From Thermoplasmata archaeon (lineage in GTDB: Archaea > Thermoplasmatota > Thermoplasmata > Thermoplasmatales > GCA-001856825), in assembly GCA_021797915.1 (NCBI GenBank), contig JAJZYT010000004.1, positions 14,224-78,223 of the forward strand: a DNA stretch of 64,000 bases, given 5' to 3'. Within the stretch, counting starts at the first letter, position 1. Each line of letters opens with the position of its first letter. The notes under the pieces were generated by a model that was given only the letters and a program-made list of their open reading frames with translations, did not search any database and was not told the DNA's origin. The translations under genes were made by a program, and so were the position numbers. Of the stretch, positions 30,453 to 40,799 are shown piece after piece.

Positions 30453-32540
30453 ATGGCATCAAATCTATTCGGCTGGGAGCTATTCATACTGGCTACTGCA
30501 CTGATCGGCTTAGCCTATGCTGCCCTGCAGAGCTTTTTACTTCTACGAATTCCAGTTACTGAAGAGAAACCTGAGAAAATTTCTCTGTCCATAAGACAGG
30601 GCGCCAATGCATTCATGCGGAGGCAATACACGAACATATTCATATTTGCGGCAATTTTAGCAGTAATAATATTTGTTGCATTCTATTTTGCATCTGGCTT
30701 GAGCGATGCCTGGAAGTTGACTATTGGTTTCCTGGTAGGTGCTATTGGATCGGCAGTTGCAGGTCTGATAGGAATGAGTATATCTGTAAGAGCAAATGTC
30801 AGAACTGCAATTGAAGCTAAGAAAGGATTGAATCCTGCCCTGAAACTTGCGTTCAGGGGTGGAACTGTAACCGGATTAATGGTAGCTTCTCTTGCTCTCC
30901 TTGGACTAGTTCTATTTTACATGTGGTTTGGAAGTCCCATTCCTATGATAGGTTACATATTCGGAGCTTCTCTCGTTAGCCTCTTTGCCAGAGTCGGTGG
31001 AGGGATTTATACGAAGGGTGCAGACGTTGGTGCAGATCTAGTTGGAAAGATTGAAGCAGGAATACCAGAAGATGATCCAAGAAATCCCGCGGTAATAGCC
31101 GATAATGTGGGGGACAATGTTGGGGATTGCGCCGGAATGGGGGCAGATTTGTTCGAGACTTATGTTGTTACTGCTCTATCCGCAATGCTTGTTGGATACT
31201 TCATTTACATTAACAGTCTGAGTGCAAACGTGTCACAAAGCTTAGTCATCATGCCTCTGGCGATAGGAGGAACTGGAATTTTAGCGACTATAGTTGGGTC
31301 TTTCTTCGTAAAAAAAGGTCCGAAGCAGCGAATAATGACCGCACTTTACAAGGGTCTTATAGTGACGGTAGTACTATCCGCGATAGGATTCTACGCAATA
31401 GACTACTATCTTATGAATGGAAATCTTGCAATCTATTTCGATGCAATCATAGGTATGATCATCATGGGGGCAATAGTCTATGTGACCGAGTATTATACTT
31501 CTGAACGGTTCTCCCCGGTTGCAAAGATTGCAAAGTCATCAGTAACCGGAACCGGAACGAACATAATCACAGGTCTATCATACGGTCTCCAGGCTGTTTT
31601 CATTCCTGCGGTTGTGATCGTCGGAGGTATCGTGGTTTCATACTATATTACATTCACGTCTTTTGGAAACAACTCTTACATGGGTCTCTATGGGATAGCA
31701 ATCGCCGCCGCCAGTATGCTGTCGGCAACTGGGATGATAATATCGATCGATTCGTATGGACCGATAACTGATAATGCCGGTGGAATCGCAGAAATGTCAG
31801 GTTTCGATAAGAAGACGAGAGACGAAGTGACTGATCCGCTGGATGCAGTCGGTAACACAACCAAGGCTGTTACGAAGGGCTATGCTATTGGAAGCGCTGC
31901 GCTAGCCGCACTGACACTATTTGCAGCATACCAATTTTCCATAGATAAGATTGCCACGTTCAGCACGATTCAACTCACTGACCCAATAGTAGTCGCGGGC
32001 CTTATAATTGGAGGATCGCTTCCATTCTTCTTCACATCATACCTGATGAATGCTGTAGGAAAGGCAGCCTCTGCAATTGTAGAGGAAGTCAGGGCACAAT
32101 TTAAACTCAAACCCAAGATTCTAACTGGAGAAGATGAACCAGATTATGGGAAGGCAGTTGACATAGTCACGAAAGAGGCGCTCAGACAACTCCTGGTACC
32201 TGCTTTAATCGCGGTATTGACACCAATCGTAGTTGGGTTCGTTCTCGGACCACTTGCGGTCAGCGGTTTATTGATGGGTGTGATAATTGCTGGATTCCCA
32301 CTAGCGATCATGATGACCGTAGGCGGAGGTGCATGGGACAATGCAAAGAAGTACATTGAACAGGGGAATTACGGAGGAAAGGGATCCGAAGCTCACAAAG
32401 CAGCAGTGGTTGGAGATACGGTAGGAGACGCGACAAAGGACACAGCGGGCCCCGCAATAAATCCATTAATCAAAGTGGTCAACACAATATCGATTCTTTT
32501 TGTCACCATAATAATGTATCACTACCTCATCCACATCTAA
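30453..32540 (+). CDS. hppA: membrane-bound pyrophosphatase, predicted K+-independent H+-PPase
   Basis: GGGIYTKGADVGADLVGKIE, DDPRNP, DNVGDNVGD, GNTTKA (Lys at the K+-dependence site). Confidence 0.95.
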   Translation: MASNLFGWELFILATALIGLAYAALQSFLLLRIPVTEEKPEKISLSIRQGANAFMRRQYTNIFIFAAILAVIIFVAFYFASGLSDAWKLTIGFLVGAIGSAVAGLIGMSISVRANVRTAIEAKKGLNPALKLAFRGGTVTGLMVASLALLGLVLFYMWFGSPIPMIGYIFGASLVSLFARVGGGIYTKGADVGADLVGKIEAGIPEDDPRNPAVIADNVGDNVGDCAGMGADLFETYVVTALSAMLVGYFIYINSLSANVSQSLVIMPLAIGGTGILATIVGSFFVKKGPKQRIMTALYKGLIVTVVLSAIGFYAIDYYLMNGNLAIYFDAIIGMIIMGAIVYVTEYYTSERFSPVAKIAKSSVTGTGTNIITGLSYGLQAVFIPAVVIVGGIVVSYYITFTSFGNNSYMGLYGIAIAAASMLSATGMIISIDSYGPITDNAGGIAEMSGFDKKTRDEVTDPLDAVGNTTKAVTKGYAIGSAALAALTLFAAYQFSIDKIATFSTIQLTDPIVVAGLIIGGSLPFFFTSYLMNAVGKAASAIVEEVRAQFKLKPKILTGEDEPDYGKAVDIVTKEALRQLLVPALIAVLTPIVVGFVLGPLAVSGLLMGVIIAGFPLAIMMTVGGGAWDNAKKYIEQGNYGGKGSEAHKAAVVGDTVGDATKDTAGPAINPLIKVVNTISILFVTIIMYHYLIHI

Positions 32541-33607
32541 ACTTCTCTTAATTTTTTAATTATTTTTACCATTTCTAAATTTTCCTTTATGTCATGAACT
32601 CTGATAATATCTGCTCCCCTCAATATCGATATAGTATTGAATATCAAGGACGAAATCCCCCTTTCTTCCACTTTCTCAGACGTCACTTGTCCGATAAAGC
32701 TTTTCCTCGAAATACCTAACAAAAGCGGATACCCAAGTCTGATGTCCCTTAGATTGTTGATGATTGTAAGATTATCTTCCAATCTCTTCCCAAATCCTAT
32801 ACCGGGATCTAGAATTATGTTATCTCCGATACCCAGCTCGTTCGCCAATGAAATTTTCCTTATAAAGAATGCAATAATCTCGTTGATAACGTTATCGTAG
32901 TGAGGAGAGTCCTGCATTGTCTTAAAGTCTCCTTTCTTATGCATCACAACCAACGGCACTCCGTATCTATTCGCAAGTTTTCCAATTTCCAAATTTTCTA
33001 GACCTGTCACATCATTAATAATGTGAGCCCCCATCTCTAGACATTCTCTGAGAACCTCAGGCCTGAATGAATCTATTGAAACAGTAAATTTCCTATTCAA
33101 AGCCCCTTCGACTGCTCTAGAAATTCTTTCAAGTTCCTCAACTGCTGAAATCTGACTACTACCTGGTCTTGTACTCTGCCCTCCGATGTCCACCAAGTTG
33201 CCTCCTGCATTTTTTATTTCATCCAGTTTAAGTTCTATTTCATCCTCCGAAATCCTACTTGCTGGATAGAACGAATCGGGCGTCATGTTGATTATTGCCA
33301 TTACTTCAGGAAAATTAAAGGGCCAAATTTTATCTTTAATTTTCAGCGAATACTCCTTTTCCCAGAAGTCATTTTTCAGGAGTGGGAAGAATTTTCTTGC
33401 CAAATCTTTTATGTCTTTGTATTGAAGTGGGTAGACGTGGGTTAAACCAGAGACCAGTTCGGTCGTGTCAAGATCTAAGCTTTGGGATGATATCAAAAAA
33501 ACGGGAAAGCTGTTCACCTCAGATAGTGGAATCTTGTACTCTCTAGAAATGGCTGTCGGATTAAACCTGAAGTATGTTCCTTCACTCCAAGGTTGTGAAT
33601 TGCGCAT
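32537..33607 (-). CDS. folP: dihydropteroate synthase with N-terminal extension
   Basis: INMTPDSF, DIGGQSTRPG, DPGIGFGK, SRKSF, RVHD; start uncertain (ATG 33607 chosen). Confidence 0.9.
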   Translation of the reverse strand: MRNSQPWSEGTYFRFNPTAISREYKIPLSEVNSFPVFLISSQSLDLDTTELVSGLTHVYPLQYKDIKDLARKFFPLLKNDFWEKEYSLKIKDKIWPFNFPEVMAIINMTPDSFYPASRISEDEIELKLDEIKNAGGNLVDIGGQSTRPGSSQISAVEELERISRAVEGALNRKFTVSIDSFRPEVLRECLEMGAHIINDVTGLENLEIGKLANRYGVPLVVMHKKGDFKTMQDSPHYDNVINEIIAFFIRKISLANELGIGDNIILDPGIGFGKRLEDNLTIINNLRDIRLGYPLLLGISRKSFIGQVTSEKVEERGISSLIFNTISILRGADIIRVHDIKENLEMVKIIKKLREV

Positions 33608-33884
33608 GAGGGACTCCCTGAATGTATACGACATTCTCTGTTGATATAAATCCCGACTCGATTGCAATACCGACTGACCGGTCCCCGACCAGATTGGCAA
33701 TAGAGCAGATTTGCAAAAGATCTTTCAGTGCAACATCGTCGACAAGCGTTTCCTTATAGAATTTCTCGGAAACACTGAGCTTGTATTTACCTTCTTTAAG
33801 TATCTTCCCTAAGAGCTCCTCGTCTGCAGCGGCAAGGAGTGTATCAGCAGGTGTTCTGAATACTCGAGTCCAGATCAAATTCAT
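33582..33884 (-). CDS. DUF424 family protein
   Basis: LLAAADEELLG, V..KFY, ANLVG, GVPHAQ; usual neighbour of mcm. Confidence 0.85.
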   Translation of the reverse strand: MNLIWTRVFRTPADTLLAAADEELLGKILKEGKYKLSVSEKFYKETLVDDVALKDLLQICSIANLVGDRSVGIAIESGFISTENVVYIQGVPHAQFTTLE

Positions 33885-33956
33885 CTTCCTTCTCAGTTAG
33901 TTTGGTAAAAGAAATCGTAACAGAATATATCAAGTATTAGTAAGACTGCTAATTTC

Positions 33957-36062
33957 TCACTTCTCCAGTGCGCGATAGAAACCGGTCACTACTTCGATAA
34001 CTTCTCCCTTGTCATTCAGAATCTTCAATTCCCTATCAACTTGCCTCTCCTCAATACCATGCTTCTTGGCTTCCTCTCGAATTTCGCGAAGAGATGCTCG
34101 TCTCCCAGTACTTGCATCCTGTAATTGCTTAATGATTTCCAAAATAGAGAAAGCCCCCTTGCGATCTTTTGAACTATACCCTGACATTATGACGTCTATA
34201 TCCTGGATCCCATTTATCACAGTTGCTTGATTCAAGAACGCTTCCATCAATCTAGTAGCCCTCTCAACGTCGACCACTTCTACTCTATCAGAAAGTCTTA
34301 CCCGCGCGGAAGCTTCAGAAAGTCTTATCAATGCTTCTAGCTGTCTCGGTGTAATTGTAACTGAACCCAGCTTTACACTAGTTGCCCTTTTCTCAACGTA
34401 GAACTTCTTTATTTTCTCCTCAGCCTTCGGGGACATAATCGGAAACGAATTCTTCCTCGCGTAAACAATGTACTTCTTAAGGAAATCCCGTTCAAAAGTT
34501 GGAAATATCTGCACCTTTTCAACACTTCTTCCGCTAGCAATTGTTTCACCAGACTTATGAACTTTCAAAATGTAATCAGCCATTTCATTGTCCATCTTCC
34601 CTGGTCTGTCGACGATCATAAAAATAAGATCAAATCTAGACAGTAGTGTGATTGGTAAATCTGTCTGACTCGTAAAAGGCTCGTCTTCCTCAAATCTTCC
34701 GTATTTAGGGTTTGCTGCTGCCAAGACGGCACATCTCGACATTAAAGTGGCATTTATACCAGCTTTGGAGATAGAGATGGACTGCTGTTCCATTGCTTGA
34801 TGCATTGCACCACTATCCTCCCTGTTCATCTTATCAAGCTCGTCGATTGCAGCTAATCCTCCATCTGCGAGTACTAAGGTCCCTGCCTCCAGAGTCCACC
34901 TTCCTTCTGATAGCTCGTCCTTGACTGCTGCAGCAGTAAGCCCTGCAGCTGAGCTTCCTTTACCCGAAGTGTAGACAGCCTTGGGGGCAATATTCGCAAC
35001 ATAAGTAAGAATCTGTGACTTCGCAACTCCAGGATCGCCTAGGAGAAGTACATGCGCGTCACCTCTGATGTAAGTTCCGTCTGGGAACGCCTTCCTTTCT
35101 CCGCCAAAAAGTTGAAGGATTATAGCTTCCTTGACCATCTCATTTCCAAACACCGCAGGAGCCACGCTTCCAACCAATTTTGAATAGACCTCTGGGTCAC
35201 TTGCCGCTCTTTTTATCGCCGCGATGTCTTTGTCCTCAAGCGCAACTTCTTCATATTCCGAAGATTCCCTCTCTATGAACATTGCTTCCAAGAATACATC
35301 GAATTGCCTCGATGCGCTCTGAACATTTTGCACCTTCTGCTTTCCCTTGAGAATTCCATTGATGGAAACTCGGTCACCAGGGTTGTTCTTTCCGCATAGC
35401 TCTTCTTCTAGATGAACGACGAGTTTGGCTGGTTGTGCCGCTCCCTTGAGAAATTCTGGTTTTTCTTCGATAGTGATTAACTGAGTATCATAATAGAGAG
35501 ATTTTTCCGCAATGAATCTAAATTTTGTTTCTTCCTTTGTCTTACCGCAGTGGTCGCATCTTGGAGGATCAAGAATTCTGCTTCCAGATTGTGGATAAAG
35601 GTGAATCTCTCTGCAATAGGCGCACTGAAATGCTGCACTCACAACTGTAGGCACCACTTCTGATACTCGCTTCACTACTCCATCAACCTGAAGGAAGGTG
35701 TTGAGATCTTCGCTTCGGAGTTCCCTTATATCTCTCTTAATATCAGGTAATTTGGAAGAGATCGAAATCCGCACTCTATTTTTCTTTTCTGTCTTGAAAT
35801 CATCAGACAGGAGCCCTTCATGAGCTCTGTTTCCCTCTTCCCAACCATATAGAACCTCTTTTAGACGAACAAGATGATCTTCAGGGTACTTCAGAAAATT
35901 CAGAGCGAAATCCGTATTGACCTTATCCATTTCTTCATAATTGATCGGCAACACTTTGTCCTTTGAGTCCTTTGAATTTATCCTGAACATATCTGCAGTA
36001 TGAGACTCAAGGACTGTACTCCATAGCGATCTTAACTCATCGTCCCTAAACGACTCTCTCAT
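33957..36062 (-). CDS. mcm: replicative helicase MCM (no intein)
   Basis: Zinc finger CAYC..CDHC, GDPGVAKS, IDELDKM, AANP, SRFD, TPRQLE. Confidence 0.97.
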   Translation of the reverse strand: MRESFRDDELRSLWSTVLESHTADMFRINSKDSKDKVLPINYEEMDKVNTDFALNFLKYPEDHLVRLKEVLYGWEEGNRAHEGLLSDDFKTEKKNRVRISISSKLPDIKRDIRELRSEDLNTFLQVDGVVKRVSEVVPTVVSAAFQCAYCREIHLYPQSGSRILDPPRCDHCGKTKEETKFRFIAEKSLYYDTQLITIEEKPEFLKGAAQPAKLVVHLEEELCGKNNPGDRVSINGILKGKQKVQNVQSASRQFDVFLEAMFIERESSEYEEVALEDKDIAAIKRAASDPEVYSKLVGSVAPAVFGNEMVKEAIILQLFGGERKAFPDGTYIRGDAHVLLLGDPGVAKSQILTYVANIAPKAVYTSGKGSSAAGLTAAAVKDELSEGRWTLEAGTLVLADGGLAAIDELDKMNREDSGAMHQAMEQQSISISKAGINATLMSRCAVLAAANPKYGRFEEDEPFTSQTDLPITLLSRFDLIFMIVDRPGKMDNEMADYILKVHKSGETIASGRSVEKVQIFPTFERDFLKKYIVYARKNSFPIMSPKAEEKIKKFYVEKRATSVKLGSVTITPRQLEALIRLSEASARVRLSDRVEVVDVERATRLMEAFLNQATVINGIQDIDVIMSGYSSKDRKGAFSILEIIKQLQDASTGRRASLREIREEAKKHGIEERQVDRELKILNDKGEVIEVVTGFYRALEK

Positions 36063-36155
36063 CCCGTATTGATACGTCTTCCTTATTTTACTTTTTTTGG
36101 AATTTGGAAAGAGTTAGATGCTTTATGCCAAGAGATTAAGAAAGAAGAAAAAAAA

Positions 36156-36662
36156 TTAAAATTGATGAACTGGAGTGAATTTAGACCTAATAATAGCGCC
36201 TATGATTACAAGTATCACGCCGATGACGGCAATTGCAGCGCCTACAATGATAAGAAGTCCATACACAACCAACTGGGAAAGATTCGATCCCAGGACGGCA
36301 TAGGTAATCAAAGGTGGATGCTGACCGAAAGCTACTAGGTAGTAGGTTCCACTCAACCCATCATAAATTATGGAATTCCCGGATGGTGTAGTGGGGTGGA
36401 TTGCATAGCTTCCTACGTTTGTAGAATTCACTGTGTTTAGATCTTGGGAGGGAATAAGATAAGTTGTCGTATTACCAGTAACGAATACACTACCATTTGA
36501 ACTAACAGTTAATTCGTCTGAATAATAAACTCCGATTGAACCTATCTTCATGGAAGTTCCGATGGTTTCAGTCCTACCACTAGCCTCGACTGTGGCAATC
36601 CCTGCAATGACGACACCGATTACAAGTAATATGATTCCCAGGTATAGTAAATCCTTTCTCAC
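36156..36662 (-). CDS. hypothetical membrane protein
   Basis: N- and C-terminal hydrophobic helices around a Ser/Thr/Asn-rich domain. Confidence 0.65.
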   Translation of the reverse strand: MRKDLLYLGIILLVIGVVIAGIATVEASGRTETIGTSMKIGSIGVYYSDELTVSSNGSVFVTGNTTTYLIPSQDLNTVNSTNVGSYAIHPTTPSGNSIIYDGLSGTYYLVAFGQHPPLITYAVLGSNLSQLVVYGLLIIVGAAIAVIGVILVIIGAIIRSKFTPVHQF

Positions 36663-36820
36663 GTTTACTCAGTTCTAAAAAATATAACAATTTTTCCTTG
36701 AGTCTCGCTGACAATAGAAACAAACAAAAATTTTTAAATTTCATTGCTTTCATTGACTGCATCAGCGCGTCTGCGCTTGAAAACCTTTATTACAACGACG
36801 ATAATTCACGGTCAGCCACT

Positions 36821-36893
36821 GCAGGTGTTGTGTAGCCTGGTAGCACAAAGGCCTTCCAAGCCTTTAGCCCGGGTCCAAATCCCGGCACCTGCA
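36821..36893 (+). tRNA. tRNA-Gly(TCC)
   Basis: GCAGGTG/CACCTGC acceptor stem, AAGGC-CTTCCAA-GCCTT anticodon arm, CCGGG-TCCAAAT-CCCGG T arm; TTTATTA upstream. Confidence 0.92.
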
Positions 36894-37239
36894 CTCTGCA
36901 CGGAGTTTAATGAAGTTGACTAAAAGTTATGGGGGTCCCATAAACCGATTTTTTAAATTTCTTTACAAGGATACTATTAAGGTATTCCTCTCGCGGCCAG
37001 TCCATATCACAACACGTAATTAGACTAGCATTCTCGTCTTCACTCATTATTAGCTGAAGAAGGTCATACTCTTTTCAAGTAGAGTCGTCAGTTGTTCAGG
37101 TCTGATAATATCAATTGAAGGGAGGACATATTCAAAAATGTTCCCAACAAAGATATACGGGGCGGATGGCTTGAAGATTAGCAACGGTCATGTTTCTTTC
37201 CGTAGTTCACTCTTATTATCCTGCGGCAGCACTTTATTT

Positions 37240-38604
37240 TCACTGCCTTTCCTCTTCTTTAACTATTGATGGATAGTTGAATTCAGTTGCTTGGTAATCT
37301 TTAAGCTTACCGGAATTGTAAAGTTCATATGCAGAAAGATCGAGAAGGCCATGACCCGAATTGTTGAAGACGATGACTTCTTCCTTGTTTTCCTTTTTGC
37401 ACCTTATGGCCTCGTCGATTACGTACCTAATTTCGTGTGCTGATTCAGGAGCAGGTATGATACCTTCCGTTCTTGCAAAAGTTGTTGCTGCATCAAAAAT
37501 TGCTGTTTGAGAATAGGCATGCGATTCCATGTACCCCCTCTGAATTAGATAGGAAATGATTGGTGCCATCCCGTGATATCTTAAACCGCCTGCATGGATC
37601 GGCGGATTTCTGTATTCACTTCCAAGTGTGAGCATTTTAAGAAGAGGAGTTAAATGACCAGTGTCCCCGTAGTCGTAAGTGTATTTCCCCTTGGTTGTGT
37701 GTGGAACCGCCGATGATTCGCATGCAACGAATTTTGCATCTAACTTTCCTTTAAGCTTCTTTCCCATAAATGGCAAACAGAAACCTCCGAAGTTAGAACC
37801 ACCGCCGATGTTTCCTACTAGCAGGTCAGGTGTTTCATCAACTATTTCCAGCTGTTTTTCCACTTCTTGTCCTATAACCGTTTGGTGCATGAGGACGTGA
37901 TTTAAGACTGATCCCAAGGTATACCTGGTATTTTCATGGGTGACTGCATCTTCAACTGCTTCTGAAATCGCTATCCCTAAGGATCCGGGATTATTTGGGT
38001 CTTCCTGCAAGAGTTTTTTACCATAGCTAGTCTGTTCGCTTGGGGAGGAGAAACACTTTGCTCCCCATGTTTCCATCATAACTCTTCTTCCTGGCTTTTG
38101 ATCGTAGCTCGCTGAAACCATGTACACACGAGCACGGATTCCAAAATAGGCGGCAGCCATTGCCAATGCAGACCCCCACTGTCCAGCTCCAGTTTCTGTA
38201 GTCAGGTTTTCAATTCCTTGTTTCGCATTGTAGTATGCCTGTGCTAAAGCAGTGTTCGGTTTGTGACTTCCTGATGGATTGGTGCCTTCCCATTTATAAT
38301 ATATTCTTGCTGGTGTCTTTAGGTATTCCTCCAGTTTTTTGGCTCGATATAGTGGAGTAGGCCTAGGAAGCCACCTATACGCCTCAAGGACTTCGTCCGG
38401 AATCTTAATGTATCTTTCAAGGGATACTTCCTGCATTACGAGTTCCTTTGCAAAAACCCTCAGGAGTTTTTCAGGATTGATGGGCTGTAATGTCTCAGGA
38501 TCTAGCGGAGGAGGGAGTCGCTCGGGTAGGTCCGCCTGGATGTTGTACCATCTTGTTGGGATATCGTTCTGGTCGAGGAATATTGCCCTGTCTATTAATG
38601 CCAT
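37240..38604 (-). CDS. trpB2: TrpB2-type tryptophan synthase beta (stand-alone)
   Basis: IPTRWYNI, GSHKPNTA, TTETGAGQWG, GGGSNFGG, AGGLRYHG, PAPESAH. Confidence 0.92.
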   Translation of the reverse strand: MALIDRAIFLDQNDIPTRWYNIQADLPERLPPPLDPETLQPINPEKLLRVFAKELVMQEVSLERYIKIPDEVLEAYRWLPRPTPLYRAKKLEEYLKTPARIYYKWEGTNPSGSHKPNTALAQAYYNAKQGIENLTTETGAGQWGSALAMAAAYFGIRARVYMVSASYDQKPGRRVMMETWGAKCFSSPSEQTSYGKKLLQEDPNNPGSLGIAISEAVEDAVTHENTRYTLGSVLNHVLMHQTVIGQEVEKQLEIVDETPDLLVGNIGGGSNFGGFCLPFMGKKLKGKLDAKFVACESSAVPHTTKGKYTYDYGDTGHLTPLLKMLTLGSEYRNPPIHAGGLRYHGMAPIISYLIQRGYMESHAYSQTAIFDAATTFARTEGIIPAPESAHEIRYVIDEAIRCKKENKEEVIVFNNSGHGLLDLSAYELYNSGKLKDYQATEFNYPSIVKEEERQ

Positions 38605-39236
38605 AGATAGAGAGGCAAGACTATTACATTAATGTTGTTATTTAGACAACAATGTCTTAATGATATCAGTATCGCTTAAGGGCCAACATAATATCAAGTT
38701 TTCAGACTGATTTGGGAAATCTCAGATGTTTTTAGGTCGAAAAGCAATCAAGAAAAGTGTTTCAAATATAAGATCAATAGTTGAAGAATCAATTGAGTCG
38801 ATCAAACTAATCAAGATGAACGAGGAAAGTAAGAGTGATCACTTCAAGAAGAAGATTGAGTACCTTTGAAAGGAGTAACGATCGATCCGCAAAATTTCAG
38901 GCACATTCAAAGGACTGATACTAACTCGTGCTAAATCGACCTCCGTTTAGTCCAATGTTGTCAAGTTCGGTTTCTAGCAGATTATTTATTATTAATTCCA
39001 TAGAAAAGTTCTGCCTAGTTCCAAGCGACCATTTCTAGCGAAGTTCCTGGAACGACCTATAGGAGTCCAATGTATGATTCAGAGGTCTACCAAACCATAG
39101 ACAAACCAACATTAACTGAAGTCATTGAAATTTAACAAAGTTATTTATCTAAATATTTTTAATCTTAACAAAATATAATATTCGCAGAACTTAATTATCT
39201 GGAAGAAATTACGTATTCGAAATTTGGTGATCTATA

Positions 39237-40580
39237 TTGACCGATGCGGTCCTATTCAACAACATATGGATGGTATTCTCAGCCCTTTTAGTTTTTCTGA
39301 TGACTATTGCGATTGGCTTTCTGGAATATGGCGAGCTTGGGAAACATTACTCTAATAGTCTAATAAAAACAATTTTGATAATGGGTACTGCCATTTTTTT
39401 AATGGCTCTCGTTGGTTTTAATTTGGCGTTTGCCCCAACGTATTACGGAATTATTGGTATTCCAACGTATAACATCTTTTTCTTTGGCAGTTTGTCATCT
39501 AGTACTTCGGCTATAATCGAAGGGACATGGTGGTCTATGACGTCTCATTACTTTGGTACCGGTTTAACTACAGGAACATACTTCCTTTATGAGACAGCAT
39601 TTGCCTCAGTCACGCTTGCCATAGTAGGGGTTGTCGCACTTAGAAAAATGAAACTCAGTGCCTTTCTTGCCTATTCAGTCGTATATTATACAGTGATCTG
39701 GACTCTGCCTGCGGCCTGGATTTGGAATCCTACCGGTTGGCTTTATCAGCTAGGAGTTAGAGATTTTGGTGGAGGACTAGTGGTTCACGCGGCAGCAGGA
39801 TTCGCCGGCCTCGCCATAGTACTTAAAATCTGGAGAGAAGAGAGGAGACAGGGGCACTCTGAGAGTCCACAAGCAGTTATCTCAATAAATCCAGCTTGGT
39901 TGACGTTATCTATTCTATTGTTGTGGATAGGCTGGTTTGGTTTCAACGCGGGAAGCGTACTTGCGTTCAACGGTGAAACAATTATAGTAGGTCTCAACAC
40001 ATTCTTAGGAGCTGCGTCGGCTTTGATTTCAACTATGTTTTTCAGATTCTTAATCACAAAGAAAGATCCGGGATATTTGTATGCAATTAATGGAATATTG
40101 GTAGGTCTAATCCTCATGTCACCATTGTCGGGTTACATCAGTCCAATGGTAGCCATAGCAATTGGCTTAGTTGGTGGCCCCCTGTTTCTTGTTGGGGAGA
40201 GAGTTATGACGAGGAAGTGGTACAGTGACCCGATCGGCTTGTTCCCAACACACCTCTTAATGGGACTCATTGGCTTCATAATGATTGCGTTCGTAGCTCA
40301 AACTGGATTTTCATCTGCTTCTGGTGCTTCAAATCTCCCTAATGGTCTTATTTTCGGCGGGGGAGTATCCGCACTTAGACAACTAGAAGTACAATCTCTG
40401 GCGATCATGGTGGTGGCTGCATTTGTTTTCTCATTAAGCTATGTCTCACTCTGGATAATTGGGAATTTAACTAATGGAATTACGACGGGCTATGAGAAAT
40501 CGATTACAGGAGCAATAACTATTGAGGCCCCAAACAACCTTATTTCGGTAAATACTGGAACAAGAGAGGGAAAGAAATAA
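39237..40580 (+). CDS. amtB: ammonium transporter
   Basis: DFGGGLVVH and DPIGLFPTH twin His, WFGFNAGS, about 11 TM. Confidence 0.92.
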   Translation: MTDAVLFNNIWMVFSALLVFLMTIAIGFLEYGELGKHYSNSLIKTILIMGTAIFLMALVGFNLAFAPTYYGIIGIPTYNIFFFGSLSSSTSAIIEGTWWSMTSHYFGTGLTTGTYFLYETAFASVTLAIVGVVALRKMKLSAFLAYSVVYYTVIWTLPAAWIWNPTGWLYQLGVRDFGGGLVVHAAAGFAGLAIVLKIWREERRQGHSESPQAVISINPAWLTLSILLLWIGWFGFNAGSVLAFNGETIIVGLNTFLGAASALISTMFFRFLITKKDPGYLYAINGILVGLILMSPLSGYISPMVAIAIGLVGGPLFLVGERVMTRKWYSDPIGLFPTHLLMGLIGFIMIAFVAQTGFSSASGASNLPNGLIFGGGVSALRQLEVQSLAIMVVAAFVFSLSYVSLWIIGNLTNGITTGYEKSITGAITIEAPNNLISVNTGTREGKK

Positions 40581-40799
40581 TTGCTTAACTTTGAGAATCG
40601 AAATACGCTAAAATTTCCTTTAACAATAGGCAAGTGACTCCACTTTCTCTCAGTGGACGTTAAATACTTCCAATGAGTTATTTAGGGGAACCGAACCATT
40701 TACTGCTGAAATGTTAAATACTAACTACTTTCAATTAACTGATAAATATTTATGGCGTCACTGTTTAGAGCCTGGCCTCGTCTGAAGGCATAACTTACA

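Noticed and set aside
13589-36062. Possible inteins in DP2 and MCM
   Set aside because: Lengths are normal and the conserved motifs are contiguous
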